Origin: Phyllosticta citribraziliensis
Taxonomy: Eukaryota
DNA length: 64,000 bases
Assembly: GCF_038025025.1 (NCBI RefSeq)
Contig: NW_027117340.1
Coordinates: 1,798,001-1,862,000, forward strand
Direction of reading: 5' to 3'
The notes under the pieces were generated by a model. It did not search any database. It saw only the letters and a list, made by a program, of their open reading frames with translations, and was not told the DNA's origin. A program made the position numbers and the translations under genes. Each line of letters opens with the position of its first letter. Position 1 is the stretch's first letter. Below are positions 48,743 to 61,797 of the stretch, piece after piece.

Positions 48743-51700
48743 ATGCCACCGCGCAAAAAGCGCACCGTCACTATCCCCGACAGCAGTGACAACGAATCTG
48801 AATCTAGAGGTGGCATCGGTAAGCTCGTGATTGAGCCTCCAAAGAAGCCTGCGTCAAAGCCGCGGAAGCGAAAGGCCGACGATGACGCCGATGCGCCAAA
48901 AAAGCCCAGAGGAAGGCCGCGGAAGAGCGTGCAAAATGACGTTGACTCTTCTCCAAAACCTCGCCGTAGAGCGCGCAAGAGCACCGTCGAAGACGACGAA
49001 GGATCTCCACCAACAACTCGAAAGAGAAGGCCTCGCAAAGGCCTGGAAGACGACGAGGCCGCCGAGTCTGATAATGACAAGCCATCCAAAAAACAAAAGC
49101 TGAAAGTTCATGAGCCAGCCCACAATGTCGCCTTTCAGGATACCTACTTGACCCAGCTGCCCCGGGACCAGAGTCCTCCATGGGCGATACGACCAGCCGT
49201 TTGGCAAAAGCAGGATCTGCCACCACCGCCCCCACCGCCAAAGCCCATGTTCCAGAACTTTCAACCTCAGCAAAAAGCACATCTGCCGCCTCCCCCAAGA
49301 CAGACTCTTCCTACTCTCGTGAATCGTCCTGGTCCAGCTCAGACCAAGTCTGCAAAGTCTCCTGGCAGCATCTCAGACCGCTCCGGCGCGAGTTCTCCAA
49401 ACTCGCTCTACAGTCTGTCGCCAAACCTCAGACCTGCTGGGCCTAGCAAAAGCCCGCAGTCTTTGATACCAAATAGACCTGCGTCAAATGTCAATGTTGC
49501 TAGCAAGGTGTCTGAAAATCAGGCGGAGCGTGCCCCCGATCCGAAACCTGTCCAAGCAGAGGTGGACCTAGAGAATTGCCCAAGTTCTCCTCCAAATATC
49601 CCGAAAGAATCAGAATTTGACGATTTTCCCTCGGCAATCTTTGACGATGACTTCGAGGACGAATGTGATACTTCTCGAACCACGAATGCCGGTAACCAGA
49701 TGCCGCCTCCAGCTGTGCCGGCCAGAACTGCCAAAAGCCCCACGCAACGAGCCTCTGAAGGGTAAGTATTCACCAAACGCACGCAGACTGAATCACTGAC
49801 TAGTCTAGTCGATCCGAGGCTCAAGACATCGAGGCCGAACTAGCAGACTTACCTTCAGATGCATTTTCCGATTCAGAGTTCTCGTTTCCTGATGATCCCA
49901 CAGGAAAGGCTCCAGCACAAGCAATTGAAATTACTTCATCCCAAACAGCTCTTGGACCGACCCCGCGTCGTCTAGTAGCACCCCTGAACGGCTTGAGACA
50001 GATGACTCTGTTTGGAAATGATGCTCCCGTCCCACAGTCGCAGGCCAATAAACGCTACAGCTATGCCCGGGAGGAACCACCCACGCATCACGAACTCGAC
50101 CAAGAAGCCCTGGAAACATGGGTCTATCCTACGAATATCGGTACCATTCGAGACTACCAGTACAACATCGTCCACCGAGGACTATTCCACAACCTGCTTG
50201 TTGCACTTCCAACTGGTCTAGGAAAGACCTTTATCGCAGCAACTGTAATGCTGAACTGGTTGAGATGGACAAAAAAGGCCCAGGTCATTTTTGTCGCCCC
50301 AACGAAGCCACTCGTGTCGCAACAAGTTGAGGCATGTCTAAACATTGCTGGAATTTCTCGTTCTCAAACCACGCTCTTGACAGGCGACACGTCTCCAGCG
50401 CTGCGCCAACAAGAGTGGGAAACTAAGCGTGTTTTCTTCATGACTCCCCAAACCGTAGTCAACGATCTGGCAAAAGGAATCGCAGATCCAAAGAAAATCG
50501 TCTTGGTGGTGTTTGACGAGGCACATCGGGCGACTGGCGCGTATGCGTATGTCGAGATTGTCAAATTCATTCGACGCTTCAATACAAGCTTTCGAATTCT
50601 GGCACTGACAGCCACACCTGGTGCGACGGTCGAAGCGGTCCAGAAGGTCATTGACAGTTTGGAGATCTCCAAGGTCGAAATCAGAACTGAAAACTCGCTC
50701 GACATTCGACAATTTGTTCATTCCCGCCACGTCGAAAAGAGCGTGCTGCGTGAAAACCGAGACATCCTGGTTTGCAGCGATCTCTTTTCAAAAGCAGTGC
50801 AGCCAGTCCTAGACAGGCTCAACCAGCAAAACGCATACTGGTCGCGCGACCCCATGAGGCTGAGTCTCTACGGCCTCACTCAAGCAAGGTCGGAGTGGGC
50901 GAGGTCACAGGCTGGCAGAAACGCACCTGGGCCTGTAAAAGGTCTGGTCAACGCTTTGTTCATGGCCTTGACGAGCTTGGCGCGCTGCGTTGATCTTCTC
51001 AAGTACCACGGCATCCGCCCTTTTTACAGTCTGTTGAAAGAGTTCAAAAAAGAGGCCACTGGCAACACGAAGAAACAGATCGTTGACCATCCCTCTTTCA
51101 CAAAGCTCATGGATACTTTGAGTCACTGGACAGAGGACCCAGAGTACATGGGGCATCCAAAGCTGGAATTCCTTCGGGAGCGCGTCATGAACCACTTCCT
51201 CGACTCCGGAGAAGGTACAGACGCCTCAGGATCCAAGACCCGAATCATGGTCTTTGCGCACTGGCGAGACAGTGCAGAAGACATTGTACGAGTATTGAAG
51301 CTGAGTTCGCCCATGATCCGCCCGCACGTGTTTGTCGGGCAGGCGGCGACCAAGACGTCGGAGGCGATGGACCAGAAAAAGCAGCTCGAGGTTGTTCAAA
51401 AATTCAAGGCGGGAGAGTACAACACGTTGGTGGCTACATCGATTGGAGAAGAAGGTCTTGATATTGGAGAAGTTGATCTTATTGTCTGCTACGACTCCAA
51501 AGCATCTCCTATTCGCATGCTGCAACGCATGGGACGGACGGGACGCAAAAGGCAGGGAAACATTTTGTTACTCATGATGGCTGGCAAGGAAGAGGACGAT
51601 TCGGAAAAGGCCAAAGATGCGTACAACAAGATGCAGGAAAAGATTGCCAACGGAGACGAATTCAACTTCCACACAGACCTGACGAGGAGGATTGTGCCGC

Positions 51701-52785
51701 GAGGCGTGGATCCTAGGGTTGACAAGAGACAGGTTGAGATTCCCATTGAGAACTCGCAACCTGAATTGCCCGAGCCGAAGAAAGGAGGACGAGCTCCCAA
51801 ACGCCAGCCAAAAAAGTTTCACATGCCAGATGGTGTCATGGACGGCTTCATCAAGGCATCGACGATGAATGGCGGCGATGTGGATGAGCTCGGCAACATC
51901 CGCCTGCAGGCCAGAAAAAAGAAGCCCGCATATGTCGACCCTCCCGAGGACCGAGTCCCAGCGGAACAGGTCCTTCTCAGCCAGCGGGAAGAAAGGGACC
52001 TTGAACGACAGTACCAAAACGTGCACGACGTGGATGGTGATTTGGAAATTCCGCCATTGGCTCTGAATGCCCATCCTGCGTCTCAGCGTCTCTTGACGAC
52101 CACGAAATATGTCCCAAGCAGCCGGGCTAGTCGGGAATTTGTCAAGACGATGAATCTCGTGCACGAGGCGGACCGTTTGCGCATTGAAGCTCTTAGAAGG
52201 AATTATCACGCATCCAATCTTGACGGCTGGAAGTCGGCGGACGAAGACAATGACGTTGAGGTGGTCGCTACTGAAGACCACGAAGCCCCGATAAGGACCA
52301 TTACGCCGGCGCGGCCCCGAAACCGCATCTCAGACATGGTCATGGAGGCAGACGAGAGCAGTCCGCCGCCAACAGATCCGCGCATGCGCATCGGGACTCA
52401 AGGCATCAACCTCGGGTCCGACGACACGGATGGATTTGATGATCCAGAAGACGAGCAATTAGACTCGGAGCTACGAAGCTTTGTTGTAGACGACAACGAG
52501 GAGGTGCAGATGTTTAGCTCAAGCCTCCCCGGACGCTCGCGGCAGCCAGTCAAGCTTTTTTCAGATTCGCAAGATTACGACGACAACCCGAGGCACAACG
52601 ACAATGAAGAAGAGGACGACGATGATTTGCCAGACATTGGCACGTTGCTCAAGACGCCCAGGCAAAGGCTCGCCAAGGGTCCGACAACGGCGAAAATCGC
52701 TAGAAGCAGCTCGACTAGCGAGGATGACGTTGTGAGGCAGCGGCAGAGAAGGCGCCTGGTGGTGGAGGATAGCGAAACTGAATGA
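48743..52785 (+). CDS. MPH1: FANCM-family DEAH DNA helicase
   Basis: Motifs RDYQYNIV, ALPTGLGKTFIAA, VFDEAHRATG, LALTATPG, VATSIGEEGLDIGEVD, LQRMGRTGRKR. Exon 48743-49761 joins in frame via intron 49762-49808. Confidence 0.95.
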
Positions 52786-53113
52786 GGGGGAGAGCTTTGT
52801 TAGAGAATAGATACATAACAAGAAAGGCTGCTTTGTTTTTGTTCGCCTGTGAAATTCTCAGGCAGCAAGGAATCCATGGTGGGGCTTGGCGTCATTGCTG
52901 CGACGGCGCCCTGCCACCTGCACTCCTCCCGCCGCCGGGCGGTCTCGAGTCTGGTCCCAAGTCCCAACACCCGGGGTTGCCCGTGAACATTCAACACTGC
53001 CTGCCAGTACCCATCTTCAGCAACCTCTTCACCAATGATCATTCCCACGGGATCCTCCCTTTCGTGACCTCCACCTCTGCGCACCCACACATCCTGCGAC
53101 TCGCGACTGAGCC

Positions 53114-54704
53114 ATGACTGTGCATGCCCATCATGTAGCTGCCAGAGGTATGACGCGCCTCGAATCCCCCTAGCCCCCGCCGGCATTGACTGACGCGCCA
53201 GCGCGTAGATACATTGGCGTCATGGTCTGAACTTCCTCTCGACGTGCTCAGGCGAGAGCTGCAACGACGACAAGATGAAGGCGAGCGGCCAGAATGCGGG
53301 TCCGGCAACAAGGGGTCGTACAACACCCCGCTGCACGTCTTTGCGCTGATATTGATATTGGTGCTGAGCGTGTTCGGTACTTGGAATTCTAAGAGCAAAC
53401 GCGTTTAGTGCTGACCATCTCCAGCGTGCTCATTTCCCATCATCGTGCGGCGATTCCCCAAACTCCCGGTCCCGCATCACTTTTTATTTCTCTCCCGACA
53501 CTTTGGCACCGGCGTGCTCATCGCAACGGCATTTGTCCACCTTCTACCCACGGCATACACCTCGCTCACCGATCCATGCCTCCCGCCCTTTTGGAACAAG
53601 AACTATCCGCCTATGGCGGGGCTGATTGCCATGGTGTCGGTTTTTGTCGTGGTTGGGATCGAGATGTTTTTTGCGAGCAGAGGCGCTGGACACGTCCACA
53701 CGGCGGATTATGACACACTGCTGGACGGCGGTGAAGCGGGCGAGGTCGAACATGATCATCACGGCCAGAATGGAGGAGCAGAAAACGGCAGCGTGAGTCG
53801 GCGCCGGGGCAGTCTGAGCTTCAACCGGCTCAAGCAGCAGGGCAACTGGGACGGCAGCAATGGGACCAGCCAGCGGCCAGCGGCCATCATGCTCAACGAC
53901 CATACGCCAGGCGAGACGGACGGGCTCGTTGACGGCAGGTCACCGCGAACGCCGCAATCGGCTATGCCGCCGACACCGCGCTCACCCAGCTCGTACGACA
54001 AGGAAGACGACCATCGCGACAGCGCGTCACTGGACCTCGACCTTGAAGATCCCTTTACGACGACCGACTCAGCTGGTCTGCTCAATGGCGCCCCTACACG
54101 CCGTCGCTCGCACGACTCGCCGTCTCCCTCCGCCGGACCCAGTAGCCACAACGCAGCCGACATGGCTGGAAGCGGAGTGATAGCAACAGGACGCCTCTCG
54201 CCGTCGCAGCAGCAAAGTAAAGCGCTCCTGCAATGTCTGCTCCTCGAAGCCGGAATCCTCTTCCACAGTGTCTTCATCGGCATGGCGCTCTCCGTTTCGA
54301 CGGGCCCACCTTTCCTCATCCTCCTGCTCGCCATATCTTTCCACCAGACGTTCGAGGGCCTCGCTCTTGGCAGCCGTATTGCCAGCCTGTCGTTCCCCTC
54401 CGGCTCCCCCAAACCCTGGCTTATGGCTATTGCATACGGCACCACGACCCCGCTCGGCCAGGCCATTGGTCTCGCCGTCCACCGCCTCTACGACCCCGCT
54501 TCCCAGATGGGCCTGCTCATGGTGGGCATCATGAATGCTGTCAGTACCGGTCTGCTCCTTTTTGCAGGCTTGGTCGAGTTGCTTGCAGAGGACTTTTTAA
54601 GCGATCATAGTTACATTGCCCTCAGAGGCCGCAGGAGGGCTGAGGCGTGCGGCAGCGTTGTCGCGGGTGCAGCGTTGATGGCTTTGGTGGGCGCTTGGGC
54701 TTAG
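53114..54704 (+). CDS. ZIP-family zinc/iron permease (Zrt-like)
   Basis: Motifs RHFGTGVLIATAFVHLLP, LLEAGILFHSVFIG, FHQTFEGLALGSRI and end LMALVGAWA. Two 5' introns. Start inferred. Confidence 0.93.
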
Positions 54705-55131
54705 ATTTTGTCATGTCTGCGTTAAGACTGACGTACAGACGGACCCGAGTAGAATGATCTGATCTTCCATTTCAACCTTTATTTTAGACCCCCTTTTTTG
54801 AGAAAAGCGATACGGGTAATTGTGGATCTGGACTGTTGGTCACGTATCCAAAACTGACAAGGACGCCCGGTTTCATAGACCAGTTCGCAAACAGACATGG
54901 TGATAATGTACTGTTGGTTCCTTCTCTATTTCGTACTTGAGGACATAAATCTTCACCAAAGATTCGATGGAAAGTTCACTTGCTCCTGAATCACCCCAAA
55001 CTGACTTGCTATTTCTCCAAACCCAGGTACCTTCCCATCCAGCCAGGACAGAATCACAGCCATTTCCCTGTCCCACTCAAGTTTTGAGTCTCAACAACTC
55101 GACCTCGAGCCTCCCGCTCAACCCGTCCATC

Positions 55132-55764
55132 TCATCCATCCCTCTCCTGTCCCCTTTCCCACCCCACGCTCTCCGCATCGCCCCCGCCAGCCGCGACCCA
55201 CGCACTCGCCGCGTCGGCCCAAATGTCCCACCGCGCGAACCGCACTCTATCCTGGCCTCCGCCGGCGCCGGTAGAGCGTTCGAATCCACCAAAGACCCAC
55301 ACAACATGCTCGTCCCACGCGCGTCCCGTGGCGCGACACACGCAGCGACAGCGGCCCGTCGCGACGGCACGGCCAGGGCACTTCTTCCATCCATCTCCAC
55401 CACTACCTTCACTACCAACATTCCCCTGGCTCGCCCCTTTCTCGAAGTCGTCGCCGTCATCGACGAAATCGGGATCTACGGACACGCTCACGCTCCCTTT
55501 TTGGATTTGCAGCTCCAGCGCCGCGCCCATCAGTTCAAAGTACCGCACGCACTCGTCGCGCCCGATGAAGGGCCGGCCGAGGAACGGCAGCAGGCGCTGG
55601 GTGAAGGGAGGGCCGTGTTCGTAGATGGTCGGGTTTTGCGGGGTAAAGTAGTCGGAGATGAGGGTTGGTGGGGAGGGTGGGGGAGATGGGGGCGTTAGGG
55701 CGGCGAGGAAGGACGAGGTTTGGGCGTGGAGGAGGGCGGCGTGAGACTTGGTTTGTGGTGCCAT
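55132..55764 (-). CDS. Hypothetical protein, probably NTF2/SnoaL-like fold
   Basis: 210 aa ORF with YEHG..LPFLGRPFIGRDECVRYFELM, TGRAWDE and WDIWAD. The fold assignment is inferred from this pattern. Confidence 0.75.
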   Translation of the reverse strand: MAPQTKSHAALLHAQTSSFLAALTPPSPPPSPPTLISDYFTPQNPTIYEHGPPFTQRLLPFLGRPFIGRDECVRYFELMGAALELQIQKGSVSVSVDPDFVDDGDDFEKGASQGNVGSEGSGGDGWKKCPGRAVATGRCRCVCRATGRAWDEHVVWVFGGFERSTGAGGGQDRVRFARWDIWADAASAWVAAGGGDAESVGWERGQERDG

Positions 55765-56616
55765 GGTTGTGCCTTTGGCTGTGGCGTGTAAGCTGAATTT
55801 TTTGTATGCGTTGATTCCGACGGTGCCGCTGTGTCTTTGCTGCTGCTACTGCTTCCAGGGATCACGCAGAGAGTATCTGAACATCCATTGATCAGCACAA
55901 CATTAAGTGACTAAATTTTGACGCAGTGCCGTCTGCATGTGTGGTTTGAGGTTCTTGGTACTCTTCCCCATGGACTACTCACTCATTTTCCGAGCAACTT
56001 ACCCTTTTGAAATTTGATAGTCTGCCTTGCCTTCGCGCCGTGTTTAAGTTACTCTTTGCACGAGCAGACAGGCAGAGCAGAGGAGCGTGCTTGGCTAAGG
56101 AAGAGTCAAGTCTGCCAACTGTCAGCTTAAGGTCACAGATACGAAGCTACATAGAAAGTACGCCGGGAGAATTGTCCTTTGCATCAAGATGACGTACCTT
56201 TCCCGTTTCCCGCAGCTCTTCAATCGCTGCAGCTACAAGGCAGTGTATTGGATAGAGAAACTGTGGACCTTTTCTACAAGCCCCCAAACAATTTGGAAGA
56301 TATTGGAGAGAGCCGAAGCTAGTGTATGTAGTCGTGGCTGTCGGTCCGCTGGCGTCGGGAAGGAAGCAGACCGTCGGCTAACGTCATGGCCTTTTCACGG
56401 ATGCGGGGCCCCGCCACATGTTCATGCGCCACTGGGGTGAATCGTGTGGCTGTGACATCAACGTCTCAGAGCGCAGTTGCGGTGCAGAATGACAGTTCCT
56501 TGAACACTACCTGCAATGCCCATGGATGCTCTTCACGCGCAGCTGTGACGGTGGATGACCGCTCCCTAGACTCAGGAGTGGTGCTCAATGACAACTCCCT
56601 GTATGGAGCAGTGTGC

Positions 56617-57127
56617 CCCTCAATTCACCACCACCCCTGAGTGGGCGTCTAAATGAATGTTTTGGGCGTCTAAATCAAGTCATTTAATAGATACCTACTA
56701 GTAGTGAGATAATCTACTTAATTTAGGCGTCCACCTATGTACTTAGGGGCTAAACCTGAGTTATATATGTAGAACTTAGTAATACTCTATAAAGTACTTA
56801 TATACTTAATACTATAGAAGATACGCCTAATTTACTAGTACTAGTATAAAGAGTTATATATAAATTATTTAACTATACCTACTAAGCTTTTTATGTAATT
56901 AGTAGTAGTAATAGTAGTAGTAGTAGTAGTAGTGGTAGTAGTTAGGTATAAGTTAGTTATTACCTAAAAATGCCTAAAATCTAGAGAGTTTTAGCCCCTA
57001 AGTATGTAGGTAGATGCCTAAATTAAGTAGATTATCTTACTACTAGTAGGTATCTAATAAATAGCTTAATTTAGATGCCTAAAACGTTTATTTAGACGCC
57101 CACCCAGGGGTGGTTGTTAAATGAGGG
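56617..57127. mobile_element. Non-autonomous TIR element (MITE-like, ~511 bp), RIP-mutated
   Basis: ~138-bp inverted termini (56617-56754 vs 56990-57127). Extremely AT/TpA-rich against GC-rich flanks. No ORF. No clear target-site duplication. Confidence 0.9.
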
Positions 57128-57403
57128 TAACAAGCAGCAATGCTGAGAATGTCTTGTGCCACCCACCATGAAGTAAGGAAGTCACTTCAACAACAAGAGC
57201 CATGGATAGTGTTTGTCATTCAAGACTTGGTATTAACAGTAACGAGAAAATATTTACAGGCGTATTCCATTTTTGCCGAAACCAAAACATTATTCGGCAA
57301 TCCTAATCATTTCAATCATGATTCAACAAAGTGAATGTCAAAAGAAGAGACAATCCCCAGGCGCAGCTGCGGCAGCTAACGACTGCTCGCTAGACGCACC
57401 TGC

Positions 57404-60176
57404 TCAAATCGTAAAGCTCGACTTGGCCTTGATATCCCTGCTGGATAAACCAACGTGGACGCCAAAGGTGCCAGTGGGAACGCTCCACTCCTGCGAAACA
57501 ACGTCCCAGATGGACAGATCGCGGCGAGTGAGAGTGAAAGTGACAGTCTTCTCCTCGCCGGGGGTAAGCTCGACCTTGTCAAAGCTGCGCAGCTGCTTGA
57601 CGGGGGTGCCCTCGCCTGCCGAAGCGGGAAGTTGGATGTACAGTTGCGGGACGGCCTTGCCGGTCACGGCACCAGTGTTCTTGACCGTGGCAGTCACCTT
57701 GTACACCTCCTCCCAGATAGCGGGGTTGCCACCGGGAGCATTCGAGGGAGCGGGCACGCCGGCAAGCGAGCTCGAGTTGGAGACGGGCTTGATCGTGATG
57801 GAGTCAGACAGGGAGTAGTTGGTGTACGACAGACCGAAGCCAAACTCGTACGGCACCGACAGGTTGTAGTAGTCAAAGTGGCGGTAGTCGATAAGGAGGC
57901 GCTCAGTAAAGTCGGATTGCCAAGCGTTGGTGTCGTTGGGGTTGCTGACGGAGCTGGTGATGTTGGCGAAGTAGTAGTCGCTCTCCTTCTCAGCGAGGGT
58001 GTAGGGGAGGCGGCCGGAGGGGTTGACGTCACCGTAGAGGATGTCAACAACGCTGTTACCGAACTCCTCGCCGGGGAAGTGAGCCAGGAGGATGGCAGTA
58101 ACATTGGGGTGCGAGTGCCAGGGAATGACGTTTTGGCCACCCGAGTTAGTGATAACAATAGTGTTGCTACAGTTCTGGGCGACGTTCTCAACAACCTCGT
58201 TGCCGTTCTGGTCGAGCTCAAGGCTCTCACGGTCAGCACCCTCAGAGGCCCAGGCCTTGACAAAGACGAGACAAGCCTCGGGCTGAGGCGCAATCATTTG
58301 GCCGATGCCACCAGAGGTGATGAGACGGGTGTTGTTGAGAATGTACTGGACGTGGGTGCCGTCGGCCTTGGCGCGAGCCTTGATGGCCTCCAGGGGAGCA
58401 ACAACGTTTTCGAAGCGTCCAGTGCCGGAACCACCGCCCACCGGGAGAACACCAGGGGCGTAGTTGACATCGCGGTAGAAGAGACCGTTCTCGACGTCAC
58501 CAGCAGCGTTGCCGAGAACAGCAATGTCCTTGGGCTTGCTCAGGGGAAGAGCACCGTTGTTCTTGATCAAGACCATACCAGCAGCACCGAGCTCGCGAAT
58601 CAACTTGGAGTGGTTGGCACGGACATCGACGTTGGACTCGCTGTTTAGAGCGCCAGCTGAGCTCCAGAGGTCATACCAGTCGCTCTCGGGCTCAAAGTTG
58701 TTGTTTGCGGGGTAGATGCCGCTGGAAGGGTCGACGCCGGGGAAGCCCTCGTCCTGGCCGAGAAGGAAGTAAGGAGTCAACACGCGCTTGACCATGTCGT
58801 CGAGTCGCGACTCGGCAACGGTGCCGTTTTGGACAGCCGTGGTCAGGTTGCCACCGTACCAAGAGGGAACGTCGTCGAAATGGGGCTCCCAGTTCCAGGC
58901 ACCTGAAGCAATCAGCACTTGTTCTGAATGTTTGCAATATAGTAGCAAGCCGGTGCCGAAAGAAATGATGCTCCTTTGATCGGGCCGCAGCAGTGAACGA
59001 ATGCTGCTTAGATGCAACCGCAGTGCCAGGAGCTATCATTTCCTCCGAAACCAGCTATAGTGGAGCTTTAGCGGACTTACCGGGCATGGTTTGGTCAAGA
59101 CCGGCCTCGACCGAAGCAACACCACCGTGGGTACCCATCCACTGTAGAATGTGTTAGCGGATAATCGCCTAGTCGAAGAGAAACTACTGACATCGCTCAT
59201 GACGTAACCCTCAAATCCGAGCTCAGTCTTGAGAATACCGTTCAGAGTCTTGGAGTTCTGGCCAGCGTAAGAGCCGTTGATCCTCTGGTAGGCCGACATG
59301 ACCGAAGAGACGCCAGCGCGGACTGCGTTGGCGAAAGGCCAAACGTAGAGCTCGTGCATAGTACGGTCCTCAACGTTGGACGAAACAGACTGGACCTGGT
59401 CGACGCTGGGAATGGTGTCCGCGTCAAAGGTGCCCTCAGGGTTGCGCTGGGTCTCCTGCTCATAGGCAATCCAATGCTTGGCGACAGCCTGGACACCAGT
59501 AGATTGCACACCGATAATAGTCTCCTCCATAGCAACACCAGTCAGGTAGGGGTCGGGCGAGAAACCCTCCCAGTTCCTTCCGGCCAGGGCAGACCTTCCA
59601 AGAGGACCAGCAACAGGTCCCAAGTAAATCTGAGAGCCCTTGCCACGGAACTCCTCGCCAAGGTACTTGCCACGGAGGTGCATGAGCTCACGGTCCCAAG
59701 AGGCCGCAGTGCTCAGACCAGCGGGGAAGACAGACGCATAAGTCGCTTGTCTGATGGAAAGGGGACCGTCCTGAAGACAAAGACCCTTGAATCCAACGCG
59801 AGGAATAGGTGCGATGTTTCTGAGGCGATGTCAGATTGATTTGCGCAAGTGCGCAAGTGTGCAGGACAACCTACCCAACGCAAGGTCCAGGAGCACCAGT
59901 GGTGAAGACGACCTTCTCCTCAAGGGTGAGCTTGGCAAGGAAAGCCTCAGCCTTCTCAAGGGCGGCGCTCCATCCAGCGAGGCCGGCAGCGTCCACGCCA
60001 GTCATGTTGGCTGCCAGAATCGTCAGTATTTGCCAACATCGCTCTCAACAACCAGACTTACGGGAAGGGTAGACAGGCGGGCTAGTCGTGAAAAGGGAGT
60101 GATCCCAGTCCTGGGCTCCCTCGACGCTTGCTACAGCGCCGAGGAGCAGAGCGGCCACAGTCTTGAGAGGCGCCAT
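57404..60176 (-). CDS. Secreted GH3 beta-glucosidase with C-terminal FnIII-like domain
   Basis: Signal peptide MAPLKTVAALLLGAVASVEGA. Motifs LCLQDGP, GRNWEGFSPDPYLTG, AKHWIAYEQE, nucleophile motif GYVMSD|W, ASEGADR, NPSGRLPYT, YEFGFGLSYT, TRRDLSIWD. Four introns. Confidence 0.97.
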
Positions 60177-61745
60177 TGTCAATGTCGAGTTGTTCGAAGC
60201 CTGGCTTGAGTATCCTCAGGTGCCGGGTTCTCGAGCATACTTATTGACAACCACGGCAACTTGTCGGCACGCCCTAACCGCGCCCATTGTTGCGTGGGAA
60301 GGGGGAGCGTTCCAACCACGGGCCTCTGCTCCGTCCATGTCACGATAGAGACGTCATTTGGCGAGGACTTCCATGGCTGAAGGAGCTCCACAAAGTAAAT
60401 TTGCGGGGAGGAAAGTGTTGGCGGGCATGCAGAGGCCCACCCCCAAGTCTTTTGGCCGTTCAAGCGAGGGCACATGGTCAATCATCATGAACAATGTCCG
60501 GAGATGATCCGCAGTGATGGTAGTAAGAGGCGCCGCGAGGCAGGTTTGGCCCGGCATATGGCACGGGCCTGGGGACCAAATACGTGAAAACACAGTCACT
60601 CGACCAAAGAAAAGAGTTCCAGGGACGGCGTAGACGTGTGATCCTTGGTTCATCCTCAGGCCTTCAGTGACTATGTTGGATGTAGAGTGCTGGCCTCGCA
60701 GCCGTACGGATAACTCCACAGGTGAGGGGATAATGTGGAGGTCTTCGTACTTCGTGTTCCGGGCAGCATCGAGCTTTGGTGCAGCATTGAGCTGGGGCCT
60801 GGTAATGCGTACATTTTCCTACCTAGTAACGGGAATGTCCTCGTGGTCAGTTGGGGTCGGATGCGAAGCCCGTAGCAGAAGCAGAGCCGCTGCTGGCAAA
60901 AGGTCGGACCGAGAGCGCGGCCGAGAGAGAAATTCTGGAGGGCCGGCTTCCCCAACTCGTCCAACCTTTCTCCATCTTCTCCACCCCCGGAATATGTCCC
61001 GAACTTTCTCCAGCTCCCCACGAGGGCCCTGCCCTGCCCTGCCTGATCTGACCTGACCGGAAACTTTTGCGGCTCAAAACCTTACCCAAATACCTTCTCT
61101 TGACCTTTGTGTCTTGCAAACCGTCGCAAAATCGACCCTGTTCGCTGCCCGCGCGGCTCGTCCGCCACCCGATAACTCGTCACACTCGGCACAATCCAGA
61201 GTGGGAGGGTTCCATGGCCAGAGATAACTTGGTGGTGGCAGTTGTGCTCGAGACGAGGCTCCCACCCTAGGCGCGCAGGCGGCGCGGCCCTGGCCTGGGG
61301 TTGGGTTGCAACGGCGCGAATGGCAGCATCCCCGAGTCGCGAGAGCGCTATCGGTGACGGCGTGAGCGTGGTGAGAAGCCGTCCTCTTTCGGTTGCGACC
61401 GCGCTTAGGCCCCGTGAGATTGGCCTGACGGTGCGGAGGATGTCCAGGGCGACGGCAGTTTGTCGACGCACCTCTGCGGCGTCATACCATGTGGGCCTCC
61501 TTGGCCTTAGGGGCGGAGAATTCCATGGTTGATCGAATGATTAGGGGTGATGAAGAGCTGACGAGCCCAAACAGGCGGAATCGTGGGGTGTCGTGGGGAA
61601 GCTTACCCTTGGCAGCGGACCCTTCGTCATACCTCACAGCTCCTCCGGCACTCCGGTACCTTGTCAGCTCCGTTGTCCGACTCCACCGTGCTTTTTTATT
61701 CTTCCAATTAATCATGGAAATGGGTCAATGTCCTGCCCTGTTTTT

Positions 61746-61797
61746 CGGGCAATCCGTTCGGGACAAATGGTTCCGAAGATGGCGGAACTAAAATTCC
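61746..61797. promoter_or_regulatory. Cluster of three inverted CGG-Nx-CCG sites (x=5, 11, 9), candidate Zn2Cys6 factor sites
   Basis: CGG-gcaat-CCG at 61746, CGG-gacaaatggtt-CCG at 61759, CGG-aactaaatt-CCG at 61783. About 1.6 kb upstream of the GH3 start. Confidence 0.3.

Noticed and set aside
57455..58648. 397-aa + strand ORF, and similar antisense ORFs over TOP1, NDUFS2, the PH gene and the ZIP gene
   Set aside because: Antisense shadows of strongly codon-biased real genes.
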